NCBI GenBank assembly: GCA_013151235.1
Contig: JAADIO010000032.1
Location: 2,166-66,165, forward strand
From: Deltaproteobacteria bacterium
GTDB lineage: Bacteria; CG2-30-53-67
Reading direction: 5' to 3'
Length of the DNA stretch: 64,000 nt
Each line of letters starts with the position of its first letter. The stretch's first letter is position 1. Shown here piece by piece: positions 9,700 to 19,202 of this stretch. Made by a program: the position numbers and the translations under genes. The notes beneath the pieces were generated by a model, which saw nothing but the letters and a program-made list of their open reading frames with translations, was not told the origin of the DNA and did not search any database.

Positions 9700-11565
9700 T
9701 CACTGAGGTTTGAAGCACTCCAGCCATAAAGAAAAGATGAACAGGCTCCAGAGTACGGTTCCGTGGTCTTCTTTTCCCGACAGGTGCCTGTCCCATAGAG
9801 TACGAATCTCCGGGAGATGAAAATAGGGGGCCATCTGCTCATTCGCAAAGAGGGCGTCTTCGGCCATGGGTCTCAGTTCATGGCGGAGCCAGTCCGCCAG
9901 CGGGACGACAAAACCATGTTTTTCCCTGTGGATGATGTCCTTCCCGACGATTTCCCCAAACGCTCTTTTCAATAGATATTTTTGCGTGGTCCCATGCAGT
10001 TTCAAAGAGGAGGGGATCCTCGCCGCATATTCTATGATCTTATGATCCAGGAGGGGAGAGCGAACCTCCAGGGAGTTGGCCATGCTCATGCGGTCTACCT
10101 TGGCCAGGATATCGCCCGGAAGATAGAGCTTCAGATCGGTATATAAGATCCTGGACAGATGATCCGGGCCATTTGCCTTGTCGTAAAATTTTTTTACATG
10201 CCCCGAAGGATCATAAGCCTCAACTTCTTTTCGGAAGCTGTCGGATGCCACCCGGCGTAATTGCCGGTCTGTGATAAAGGTGTTTGTAACATAGAAGGCT
10301 TCCGCCGGCGAGAGGAGGGAGGATCTACAGAGCGAATGCAGCCTCTTGAGCGGTCCCCTTTCCGCTTCTTGGGTGAATCGCATGACACCGCTGAGCAGGG
10401 ATCCGGGAACCCATTGCCGGGCAAGGTTTTCATACCGGTCCACGGTATATTTGTCATAGCCGGCAAAGTTTTCGTCCCCGCCGTCACCCGACAACGCGAC
10501 GGTGACGTTCTTTCTGGCAATTTCCGAAACATAATAGGTCGGCACCATGGAGGAGTCGGCAAATGGTTCGTCACAGTGCCAGACCAGTTTTTTGATGATC
10601 CTGGCCGGTTCGTCATGGATATAATATTCGTGATGGTCGGTCCCGAGTCTTGCAGCGAACGCCTTCGCGTACACGGCTTCATCGTGTTTTTTGTCGTCAA
10701 AACCGATGGTGCAGGTCTTGACAGTCCGGTCTTTCGTCCGTGCCATCAAGGCGACGATGCCGGACGAATCCACCCCGCCGCTCAGGAAGGCCCCGAGAGG
10801 CACATCGGATATAAGTCTGCACCGTACGGCCTCTTCTATTTTATGGAGAAGTTCTTCTTCAAGTTCCGTGATGTCCGCCCGAACAGGCCTTGAGAAATCT
10901 ACATCCCAATATTCCGTGATCTTCAAGGCTCCATTTCGGTAGGTCAGATAATGCCCCGGTTCCAGTTTCCGTATTTGGCGATAGATACTTTTGGGATGAG
11001 GGACATAGAGGTATTTCAGGTAATCGATCAGTGCGGTCGGATCGATCTCCCTTCCGACGCCGATTTCGAGGAGGGACTTGATTTCAGAGGAAAAAGCAAA
11101 CCGGTCTTCGGCAAAATAATAATAGAAAGGTTTCTTGCCGATCCGGTCTCTCGCGGCGAACAGCCCGCCCTCCAGCCTGTCCCATATTGCGAAGGCGAAC
11201 ATCCCTCTAATTTGTTCCAGACAGGCCGGTCCGTATGCCGCGTAGCTGGCAAGAAGGACCTCCGTGTCGGTCCGGGTGTGGAACCGGAATCCCCGGTCTG
11301 ATAATGCGCGACGCAATTCCTGAAAATTATATATTTCCCCGTTAAAAACAATCGTAAATCTCCCGTCGGCGCTTGTCATCGGCTGTCTGCCGTCCCCGGA
11401 AAGGTCGATGATCGAAAGTCTTCTGTGGCAAAGTCCCATACTTGCATCCAGAAAGATGTCGCCCATGTCAGGGCCCCTATGGGTCATGACAGCGTTCATC
11501 CGTTCCAGCGACTTTTCCGGAAAGTCTCCCAGCATATTCCGGGTAGCTCCTGCAATACCGCACAT
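9700..11565 (-). CDS. asparagine synthase (glutamine-hydrolysing)-like amidotransferase, exosortase-system associated
   Basis: N-terminal 'MCGIAG' Ntn nucleophile and an 'SGGVDSS' PP-loop. 621 aa. This family commonly accompanies exosortase loci. Confidence 0.85.
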   Translation of the reverse strand: MCGIAGATRNMLGDFPEKSLERMNAVMTHRGPDMGDIFLDASMGLCHRRLSIIDLSGDGRQPMTSADGRFTIVFNGEIYNFQELRRALSDRGFRFHTRTDTEVLLASYAAYGPACLEQIRGMFAFAIWDRLEGGLFAARDRIGKKPFYYYFAEDRFAFSSEIKSLLEIGVGREIDPTALIDYLKYLYVPHPKSIYRQIRKLEPGHYLTYRNGALKITEYWDVDFSRPVRADITELEEELLHKIEEAVRCRLISDVPLGAFLSGGVDSSGIVALMARTKDRTVKTCTIGFDDKKHDEAVYAKAFAARLGTDHHEYYIHDEPARIIKKLVWHCDEPFADSSMVPTYYVSEIARKNVTVALSGDGGDENFAGYDKYTVDRYENLARQWVPGSLLSGVMRFTQEAERGPLKRLHSLCRSSLLSPAEAFYVTNTFITDRQLRRVASDSFRKEVEAYDPSGHVKKFYDKANGPDHLSRILYTDLKLYLPGDILAKVDRMSMANSLEVRSPLLDHKIIEYAARIPSSLKLHGTTQKYLLKRAFGEIVGKDIIHREKHGFVVPLADWLRHELRPMAEDALFANEQMAPYFHLPEIRTLWDRHLSGKEDHGTVLWSLFIFSLWLECFKPQ

Positions 11566-11615
11566 CGATCTGGACCTCCGTTGAAGCTTTGCTTGTGGTG
11601 TCGGGGGCGGAACCG

Positions 11616-12533
11616 TCAGAAAATGGCGCAGAATCTTGCAAGATAATACACATTATAGAGGAGAAGCAGATGGGGATATTGTCTCATACCCGAGTTATGT
11701 CGAATCTTCAGTCCGGCTGAGATCATCAGGGGGGTTTGCCACAGGATAATCATTGCATAAAGCCATGTGGTTTCCGCTCGTATGACGAGCAATATAAAAA
11801 TGAGCAGCACAAAGATCCCAAAATAAAAGGGAAGGACAAGACTCGGCACTTCTTTGAATCGAAAACCATGTCTGAGGGCTCCCCGGTAATTACTTTTCCC
11901 GCGCCAGAGTTCCTTGCGGAAGAACTCCCGGATTGTTCGCGCCTCTCCATGATGGATCGCTTTGATGTCCGGATCCGAGATGATTTTTCCCTGTGCCGAG
12001 AGGCGATAGGAAATGTCCACATCTTCACAGGTGGTCAAGGTTTCGTCAAAGCCTCCAACTTGTTCAAAAGCATCTTTCCGCACGAATAGATTCATCGATT
12101 CCAGCCAGTCCGTTTCCCGGAGTTTTTCCTCCGGATTCCGTACCAGGAGCCAGGTTTGTTGTACCCAGGTCGGGTTTGCGGGAATATACGGTGGCGATCC
12201 GAAACAGGCGACATCTTCCCGTTGAAAGTACCGGGAGGCACTTTCAAGCCAGTCTCGTTCCACCGTACAGTCTGCGTCAAGAAAAGCGAGCACCTTGCCC
12301 CTCGATTTTTTTGCTCCGTAATTTCTCAGCGCTGAGACCGTAACCCCGGGTCTTCGGTAGACGATTCCTCCGCAGGACTTTGCAAGGTCTGCCGTTCTGT
12401 CCGTCGAGCCATTGTCCACCACGATCACCTCGTATTCCTTTGAAGAGAACGTATTTGCATGGATCGATTTCATGCAGCGAACAATATTCATTTCTTCGTT
12501 TCTTGCGGGTATGATGATGGAGATCAGGATCAT
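11616..12533 (-). CDS. glycosyltransferase family 2 with C-terminal transmembrane segments
   Basis: 'ISIIIPARNEE' at the N-terminus, a DxD-type 'FLDADC' motif, and a C-terminal hydrophobic region. Confidence 0.75.
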   Translation of the reverse strand: MILISIIIPARNEEMNIVRCMKSIHANTFSSKEYEVIVVDNGSTDRTADLAKSCGGIVYRRPGVTVSALRNYGAKKSRGKVLAFLDADCTVERDWLESASRYFQREDVACFGSPPYIPANPTWVQQTWLLVRNPEEKLRETDWLESMNLFVRKDAFEQVGGFDETLTTCEDVDISYRLSAQGKIISDPDIKAIHHGEARTIREFFRKELWRGKSNYRGALRHGFRFKEVPSLVLPFYFGIFVLLIFILLVIRAETTWLYAMIILWQTPLMISAGLKIRHNSGMRQYPHLLLLYNVYYLARFCAIF

Positions 12534-12540
12534 GAATCAT

Positions 12541-14985
12541 TCAGTCCGACTGCAACCTGTGGAACTTGGTCCATGTGACCGGCTGTTTGTTCAATATTCC
12601 CTTATAGATTCCGTATAATGCCGCTCCATTCATCAGGCAGAAATAATAAGGAAACAGGAATGTTTGTAATGGGTGGTCTCTCCGCTTTACCACGAAACCG
12701 GTGAAGGCGAATCCGTAGAAGAGAAACTGGACGGCCAAGATCATGCGGTAACCCGGCTGTCCGTAGGACAGGGCGAGGTGAATATTTGCAAGAAACAATG
12801 AAATCAGGAAAAAAGGCGCAAACCAGCGCAGCAGTTTATGTGACAGATAACAAAACATCTCCCGTGTGACGAGGGATGAGGGGATCCCCTGCCTCTGCTT
12901 GAGCGACTGGATGGCTCCCGCGATGACCCTTGCTTGCCGGAAGAATTCCTCCCGGGGAGAAAGAAAATTCCGTTCTTCTGCGATCGCTTCTTCTTCGTAT
13001 ATCAGGCGGTGACCGCTCGAGACGATCGTCATAGAAATTACAAAGTCGTCCAGAATGGTATCCGGCGGTGGTGGTACGAAAAGTTCTTTCCGGATGGCGT
13101 ACAGGCCGCCGTCGGCCCCGATCATGGATCCAAGATCCGTCTCTTTCCGCTGGATCCAGCGTTCATAGATGTAATAGATTGATCCGGATTTCCCCAAAGT
13201 TGTTTCCTCGCCGCGGAGGATTACGTCCGCGCTGACGGCCCCTACGGAAGGGTCGGCGAAGTTTTGTACCAGTTTACGTACGGCATCCCGTCGGCACATG
13301 GTGTTGGCATCGGAAAAAATGATGATCTCACTGTCAATCTCCGGGACCGTCTTGTTGATCACCGCTGTTTTCCCTTCTCGGGTCTGATATTGCATTAGGG
13401 TTACGCGATCCTCATCCTCCCGGAACTTTTGTATCCTTTCTCGGGTGCGGTCCGTAGACCCGTCGGAAGCAATGATAAACTTGATTTTGTCTGTTGGATA
13501 GTCCAGTTCAAGGCAGTTCCTGATTTTCTCTTCGATGACTTCCTCTTCGTTATATGCACAAATCAACAAAGAGACCGTTGGAGTGATCTCCTGTTTCTTG
13601 ATCTTCCTTCGATAAAAGAGAGTGACGATTCCCAAGATAAGCGGATAACCGACATACACGTATCCGAGCAGGAGAAGTGAGAACCGGAAAACAAGGTGTG
13701 TGAAAAACCGGAGCGGAATCCGGCCTAAGTGGAGAGCGAGACAGATTGCATAGATCGACAGCACTGCCATGAACAGGTGGATGATACAGCGGTTCCGGGT
13801 GAGGAGGTTTTCGGATACTTTGTCTTCTTGCCCTCTCGCGTGGTTCCATGTCGAGATGATATTTCCCTGCAAGCTTTTTGCGATACCCAGCAGGGAGGCA
13901 ATGTTCATCAGAATGAAGTAGTAGGCATAGGGAACAAGAGGCGCCCGGATATGTTTTTCGGAAAGGAGCATTCCCAGATAAGCCATACCGGTGAATGCTA
14001 CAATAAAGAGAAATGTGAATTGATAGACGGATCGTCCGGAAGCGGAGAGCAGGAAGCAGGAAACAAAGAATAAAAACAGAAATAGAGGTGAAAACCATCG
14101 CAGCAGTTTGTGAGAAATAACCTCAAGCGCGAATATTCCCGTTTTGAAAGGGTTCATAACGCCTTTCAGTCTCATCAGGCCGCTGAAGCTCCTGTTGACG
14201 ATCCGGATTTTACGTCTGAACTCTTTTTCATAGGTCCCGGCCGCCTCTTCATAGGAAATTGCGGCGGGTTCATAGATGCCGCGGTATCCTTTCAAAATGA
14301 TCTGGAGGGGGTTCACGAAATCATTGATGTCTGTTTCTAATAACGGTTCGTAAAGATCTTTCCGGATTGCATAGATGGCGCCATCGCCGCCGACGATGGA
14401 ATGCAGGTCGGACTCCATTTTTTTAATGAGGGTTTCATGATTCCAGTAGAGGTTTTCGCTTTTCCCGGCCATGGTTCTTCCCGGATCGGTGTAACGGGCT
14501 TGTCCCACGACGTATCCCACGGTGGGATCATGAAAATTTCGGACTAATTTTTTAATTGCATTCTTCCGGTAGATTGCATTGGCATCGGAAAAGATGATCA
14601 GTTCACCCTTTGCGAGCGGTATCGCCAGGTTGAGGCCGGATGTTTTGCCCATACGTTTTTCTTGGCGAACCAGCCTCACCCCTCGGTCCTCATATTCGCG
14701 AACGATCGAGTCTGTCTGATCCGTAGATGCATCGGAGACGACCAGTATATCCAGCTTGCCTTTTGGATAGTCCAGCGACAAACAGTTTTCAAGCTTCGAT
14801 CGGATAACATCCTCTTCATTGTAGCAGGAGATCAGCAAACTGACGGACGCTCCGGTCTTCTCCCGGAGGATTTCTTTTTTCGGAATTACAAATCGCAGTA
14901 CCACGAGGAGAAGCGGGTATCCGATGTAAGTATAGAGAAGTATCAGAAGTGACAGGAATGCAGTGACCTCAAGAAAAGGGATCAT
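12541..14985 (-). CDS. tandem-duplicated fused family-2 glycosyltransferase (two GT2 modules, each with flanking TM segments)
   Basis: Two homologous halves. Each has a TM helix followed by a '..SLLIS/CAYNEE..VI..K..NCL.LDYP..' motif and an 'SDAST/SDGSTD' block. Confidence 0.75.
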   Translation of the reverse strand: MIPFLEVTAFLSLLILLYTYIGYPLLLVVLRFVIPKKEILREKTGASVSLLISCYNEEDVIRSKLENCLSLDYPKGKLDILVVSDASTDQTDSIVREYEDRGVRLVRQEKRMGKTSGLNLAIPLAKGELIIFSDANAIYRKNAIKKLVRNFHDPTVGYVVGQARYTDPGRTMAGKSENLYWNHETLIKKMESDLHSIVGGDGAIYAIRKDLYEPLLETDINDFVNPLQIILKGYRGIYEPAAISYEEAAGTYEKEFRRKIRIVNRSFSGLMRLKGVMNPFKTGIFALEVISHKLLRWFSPLFLFLFFVSCFLLSASGRSVYQFTFLFIVAFTGMAYLGMLLSEKHIRAPLVPYAYYFILMNIASLLGIAKSLQGNIISTWNHARGQEDKVSENLLTRNRCIIHLFMAVLSIYAICLALHLGRIPLRFFTHLVFRFSLLLLGYVYVGYPLILGIVTLFYRRKIKKQEITPTVSLLICAYNEEEVIEEKIRNCLELDYPTDKIKFIIASDGSTDRTRERIQKFREDEDRVTLMQYQTREGKTAVINKTVPEIDSEIIIFSDANTMCRRDAVRKLVQNFADPSVGAVSADVILRGEETTLGKSGSIYYIYERWIQRKETDLGSMIGADGGLYAIRKELFVPPPPDTILDDFVISMTIVSSGHRLIYEEEAIAEERNFLSPREEFFRQARVIAGAIQSLKQRQGIPSSLVTREMFCYLSHKLLRWFAPFFLISLFLANIHLALSYGQPGYRMILAVQFLFYGFAFTGFVVKRRDHPLQTFLFPYYFCLMNGAALYGIYKGILNKQPVTWTKFHRLQSD

Positions 14986-16133
14986 AGGCTTCCCTGATAA
15001 AGTTGCAAATAACGTGACAGCATTTTCTGGAAGGAAAAGTCTTTGGACGCCCTTTCGGCGGCATTGGCCCCCATGGTTTTTTGTTTCTCTGGGGAACGAA
15101 GCAGTTCCAGGACCTTGGTTGCCATGGTCTGTTCCTCTCCGGTGGGTACAAGGTATCCGGTTTTCCCATCGATTACAACCTCGGGGTTTCCTCCTACTGC
15201 TGTTACAACAGAAGGGACTCCGGCGGCCATGGATTCCAGGAGTGTGATCGAAATTCCTTCCGTAAAGGATGTGAGAAGAAACACGTCAAACAAGGGATAG
15301 ATTTCCGGCAGGTCGTATCTCAGTCCCAAGAAAACCACCCGGTCTTCGACGCCGAGATGTTTCGAAAGATCTTTCAGCTCTTTCTCCTTAGGGCCTTTCC
15401 CCGCGATCAGCAGATAGGTTTGCGGCATTTGAGCCAGAACACGCTTGAAAACGTGAAGCAACATGGGGATATTTTTGATCTCGTCGAGACGGGCGGCCGT
15501 GCCCATAACCCGGCTTGTGTTATCCAACTGCAGCAACCGGCGTTTTGTGGATGGAACGATATTTGTCTTGGAGTCGTCAAAGTGCACGCCGTTAAAGATA
15601 ACTTCTATCTTTTGTGCGGGGAAGTTATCATACATCACCATGGCTTTTTTCGTGCTTTCAGAGATGGAAACGATATGGTCTGTCATGCCGGCAAGCAGCG
15701 GATTAAAGAGGTATCTCTTTATTCTTCGCCGATCAGGATATAATCGACCATGCTCTGTAAATATGAGTCTGATTTTCTTTCCCATTAATGAGGAGAGAAC
15801 CGCATAGAAATAGGGGGTATATTGATGGGCATGTACCACATCGATTTTTTCTCGGACAATGATCCTGTTTAAGCGTTTAACGAGGCCCCAGTCGATGCCC
15901 CTTTTTCTTTTAAGGTAATAGACCCGGATACCCTGTGTGACCAATTTGTCACCCAGGGGGCCGATCATGTCGAGGCAGCAGACAGTGGGGGTAATGTTTT
16001 TTTGCGGAAGCCCCTGAATTATGTCATAGACCAGTTTTTCTGCTCCTCCCACACCCATAGAGAGCACCACAAACAAAACGCGAAGGAGCCTTCTGTTGTG
16101 ACTGTCTATACTTATTTTTTTGGAATATGGCAT
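14982..16133 (-). CDS. glycosyltransferase family 4
   Basis: GT-B fold. 'LLTSFTEGISITLLESMAAGVPSVVTAVGGNPEVV' is the EX7E motif. 383 aa. Confidence 0.8.
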   Translation of the reverse strand: MPYSKKISIDSHNRRLLRVLFVVLSMGVGGAEKLVYDIIQGLPQKNITPTVCCLDMIGPLGDKLVTQGIRVYYLKRKRGIDWGLVKRLNRIIVREKIDVVHAHQYTPYFYAVLSSLMGKKIRLIFTEHGRLYPDRRRIKRYLFNPLLAGMTDHIVSISESTKKAMVMYDNFPAQKIEVIFNGVHFDDSKTNIVPSTKRRLLQLDNTSRVMGTAARLDEIKNIPMLLHVFKRVLAQMPQTYLLIAGKGPKEKELKDLSKHLGVEDRVVFLGLRYDLPEIYPLFDVFLLTSFTEGISITLLESMAAGVPSVVTAVGGNPEVVIDGKTGYLVPTGEEQTMATKVLELLRSPEKQKTMGANAAERASKDFSFQKMLSRYLQLYQGSL

Positions 16134-16135
16134 TT

Positions 16136-17329
16136 TTAGAAGATGGATTCTTTGGCTCGCCGGTAATAATATTTCAGGGTTTCCAGCATGGAGGGATAAT
16201 AGACCCGCATGTTGCAGTTGTTGCAGATCGCGATCTTTTTCTTTTGCTGCAGCGACACGAATTGCCTGTGTCTTTCATTTCCCCATATTTTGTCCAGGTC
16301 TGTTTTTAGAAGATTTCCAATGACGTAGGAGCGGTAAAACGGACAGGGAACGACATCTCCGTTCGGATTGAGAGTGACAAAGGTGGTTGCAATATGACAG
16401 TGTTTATAATCATACAGGCCCGACAGAAATGTCTGTTCGCTGGTGACGTCGAGCGCTCTGAAATTTACATAGATTTTCTGATGATGTTTCTTTGTCTGCT
16501 TGATGAGTTCTTTGAACTCGACCAGTTGCTCACGGTTCAGCAGGTGTGATGCATCCTCGGAAGATACGAAGTAGGGCTCGGGCTGAACTCCGTTGATCTT
16601 GGATAAATTGATGTTCTCCTGGCTAAATTCCCCTAAAAACCGGGGGTAAACTGCATCGATATGGTATTGTTCAAGAAACCGGATAATTTGGGGAAAATCC
16701 CGGTAATTCATGTTGGAAAGCGTGTTGCATATAATGATCTTGGGGTAGGTGCGGGAGCCTCGGATATCAATGAAGTTCTCGAGTGCATCCGTTATTTTCT
16801 GAAAGGTTCCGTCGATGCCCCGGATCCCGTCATGCTTTGTGCCGACATCGTCTATAGAGAGATAGACGGTATGTAACCCGTACTCTATCAAGGTGCGGAT
16901 CGTTTCTTTGTCGCACAGATTCCCGTTTGTCGGGAAATAGGTCCGGATCCCGTTTTTTGCACAATATTGAATCATATCAAAAACGGCATCCTTTCTTAAA
17001 AGGGCATCGCCGCCGAAGATTTCAAATGACCGGATGCCGTGATCTTTCAGTCTTGCAAGAATCGTCAGCCACTCGTCTCGACCTAATTCTTGCGGTTGTT
17101 CGCTGTTCCTCTTCCATATATTGCAGGTCTTGCACCGGCTTGTGCACCGATAGGTTAAAAACCCCATAGAGTCCGCTGCGCTTAAGGATAAATGGCGATA
17201 TTCATAGCGGATCAATTCCGGGATCTCCCGGAGGCCGGGAACGATATTTCGGATGATTTTAGAGGCATTCATTGATTTGCCCTTACAGGGAAAGATGGAT
17301 GCTGCGCGGGTTGGTTGTCCCCAATCCAC
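16136..17329 (-). CDS. radical SAM enzyme with SPASM/twitch-like C-terminal Cys cluster
   Basis: 'CTSRCKTC' is the CxxxCxxC motif. 'FGGDALL' is the GGE-like SAM-binding motif. The C-terminus has 'CP..C....CNNC', extra Cys typical of an auxiliary Fe-S cluster. Confidence 0.7.
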   Translation of the reverse strand: MDWGQPTRAASIFPCKGKSMNASKIIRNIVPGLREIPELIRYEYRHLSLSAADSMGFLTYRCTSRCKTCNIWKRNSEQPQELGRDEWLTILARLKDHGIRSFEIFGGDALLRKDAVFDMIQYCAKNGIRTYFPTNGNLCDKETIRTLIEYGLHTVYLSIDDVGTKHDGIRGIDGTFQKITDALENFIDIRGSRTYPKIIICNTLSNMNYRDFPQIIRFLEQYHIDAVYPRFLGEFSQENINLSKINGVQPEPYFVSSEDASHLLNREQLVEFKELIKQTKKHHQKIYVNFRALDVTSEQTFLSGLYDYKHCHIATTFVTLNPNGDVVPCPFYRSYVIGNLLKTDLDKIWGNERHRQFVSLQQKKKIAICNNCNMRVYYPSMLETLKYYYRRAKESIF

Positions 17330-18296
17330 GATCGGCGGCGGTCTGGATGAAGACCGGGGCAGGAGACACCGGTTCCAGGCCGTGTTCTTTGCGTTTCTTA
17401 TCGATGATTTTCCATCCGGTATAATCTATCGCTACCGGATCGTCTGAAATGATCAGTTGATTCAAGGGATCTACATATTTCTGGTCTCTTCCGTTGATCC
17501 ACTTGTATTCGACGAAGATGGCGTCCAGCACGATCAGGCGGGTCTTGTCCCGGATTTGCGGTTGGGCGTTCAGGTGGGGCAAAAACTCCATGATATCCTT
17601 GTGGTGATGCGACGGGTTCCCGATGGAGCCGTAATGATTCTTCATGCTGAGAGATACGCCGGAGTAACCTTCCAGGGCCTTCAGGACAGGCACATTGATC
17701 AGATAATCACACCGGTATTTGTTCTCACTGAGAGGAATGCCGCCGGTTAACAATTTCGCCATACGGTTAAAAAGGAAACGGTGATAACCACCGAGATCGT
17801 CGACCGTCCCGACCTTGATCCCCGGCCCGAGATTTTTCTCGAAGCCGGCATAACGGAATGCGTGATCGGTCTTGTCATAGATGACGATATTGTCCGGTCG
17901 GACCCCACGCTGGATCAGTCCGTCCGTGACAGCCTTGACAACCTTCGATTTGGTATAGATGCCTTGGATCTGGCAGTTAATCTTGATCGCAACCCTCTTG
18001 GCCGGATCCGGAATGATTTTTGACCAAGCTTTTAACAAGTTTCTTTCACCGGTAAAAGACTTGATCCCTTCATCCAGCATCTGTTTGATCACTTGTTCAT
18101 CCAGATTCTTGTTATCGCGTTCGTCCGTAAGGTCTGATGCCCTGTCGTGATGGACGGAGACGAGCATACTCTTTCTTCCACTGTGCGCATGACTGTTTTT
18201 CAGAGAGGGCAACCACTTCAGGAAAAAACCGGCACCCAGAACAGATAAAACTTTTACCAGGAAGTGTCGCCGGTTTATATTACGTAAAAACGACAT
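17283..18296 (-). CDS. Tat-signal secreted protein, DUF362-like
   Basis: N-terminal 'NRRHFLVKVLSVLGAGFF' is a twin-arginine signal. The rest resembles DUF362 family proteins. The family assignment is from memory and is not certain. Confidence 0.45.
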   Translation of the reverse strand: MSFLRNINRRHFLVKVLSVLGAGFFLKWLPSLKNSHAHSGRKSMLVSVHHDRASDLTDERDNKNLDEQVIKQMLDEGIKSFTGERNLLKAWSKIIPDPAKRVAIKINCQIQGIYTKSKVVKAVTDGLIQRGVRPDNIVIYDKTDHAFRYAGFEKNLGPGIKVGTVDDLGGYHRFLFNRMAKLLTGGIPLSENKYRCDYLINVPVLKALEGYSGVSLSMKNHYGSIGNPSHHHKDIMEFLPHLNAQPQIRDKTRLIVLDAIFVEYKWINGRDQKYVDPLNQLIISDDPVAIDYTGWKIIDKKRKEHGLEPVSPAPVFIQTAADRGLGTTNPRSIHLSL

Positions 18297-18314
18297 GCGT
18301 TACCCCGTGCTCGA

Positions 18315-19187
18315 TTACGTGTGGAAAACATTCTGCATGATGGAATATACCTTTTTATCCCTTCCGGTTTTGTCTTTCAGATAGTCATCGAGAATGCCTG
18401 CATCGATGTTTTGCCAGACCCGTTGAAGTACTTCCGGAGTGATCATTCGATTCAGGTACAGTGCTCCTTTCTCCGTTAATGCGCAACTCCGGGCTCGATC
18501 GTTTTCGATATCTTCTATGGCCCGGATCATCATTTCGATGCCGAGTTTTACGACCTTTACATAAAGTGTTTCCGGGTTGTCAATTCCGGATATCTCCGGC
18601 CTTCCCTGGTACAGTATGTCCCCGTCATCGATTCCCTTGTCCACGTAATGTACGGTGGCGCCGATATATTCCGGTTCTCCGTTAAAGAGTGCCCAAAGAG
18701 TCGTACACGTACCCCTGTATTTTTGTGCGAGTCCGCCATGTAGATTCAGCACTCCCTTGGGGGGGATGGAGAGGACCTTCTCCTGCAGCACGGACGTACC
18801 ACAGACGGCAATTACGTCGGGCTTGATCTCCTGGATCGCATGGATATAACCCGGTTCATTAATTGTTTTTCCCCCTTCCGTATATACCACCGTTTGGCCT
18901 GCATGAGGCAGGATATGGCGTCCTTCTTCACCGAAATATGTTTTATCAACGATTGTGGTCTTTCGGAAGTGTTCTTTGACAATCCGGTTATCCGATATTT
19001 TTTTGAAGAGAAGCAGTGGGTGTGCCATAAACCGGAGTGCCTTGAGTAACCGGAGAGGCAGATTGCTGCCGCCGTGCTGTTCTTCGACAAAAACGGCTGC
19101 GACATTCAGCCTTCGGGTCAACCGGTTTGCAAAGTAAATATCGGATGGATCCGAGCTGACAAGAATTACGACCTTTGGTTTGTTCAT
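18315..19187 (-). CDS. formyltransferase family protein (Fmt/PurN-like N-domain)
   Basis: 'VLNLHGGLAQKYRGTCTTLWALFNGEPEYIGATVHYVDKGIDDGDI' matches the formyl-transferase catalytic signature (N..H.S.LP.YRG .. H..D.G.D.G). Confidence 0.75.
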   Translation of the reverse strand: MNKPKVVILVSSDPSDIYFANRLTRRLNVAAVFVEEQHGGSNLPLRLLKALRFMAHPLLLFKKISDNRIVKEHFRKTTIVDKTYFGEEGRHILPHAGQTVVYTEGGKTINEPGYIHAIQEIKPDVIAVCGTSVLQEKVLSIPPKGVLNLHGGLAQKYRGTCTTLWALFNGEPEYIGATVHYVDKGIDDGDILYQGRPEISGIDNPETLYVKVVKLGIEMMIRAIEDIENDRARSCALTEKGALYLNRMITPEVLQRVWQNIDAGILDDYLKDKTGRDKKVYSIMQNVFHT

Positions 19188-19202
19188 ACGCGCTTTGAAA
19201 AT

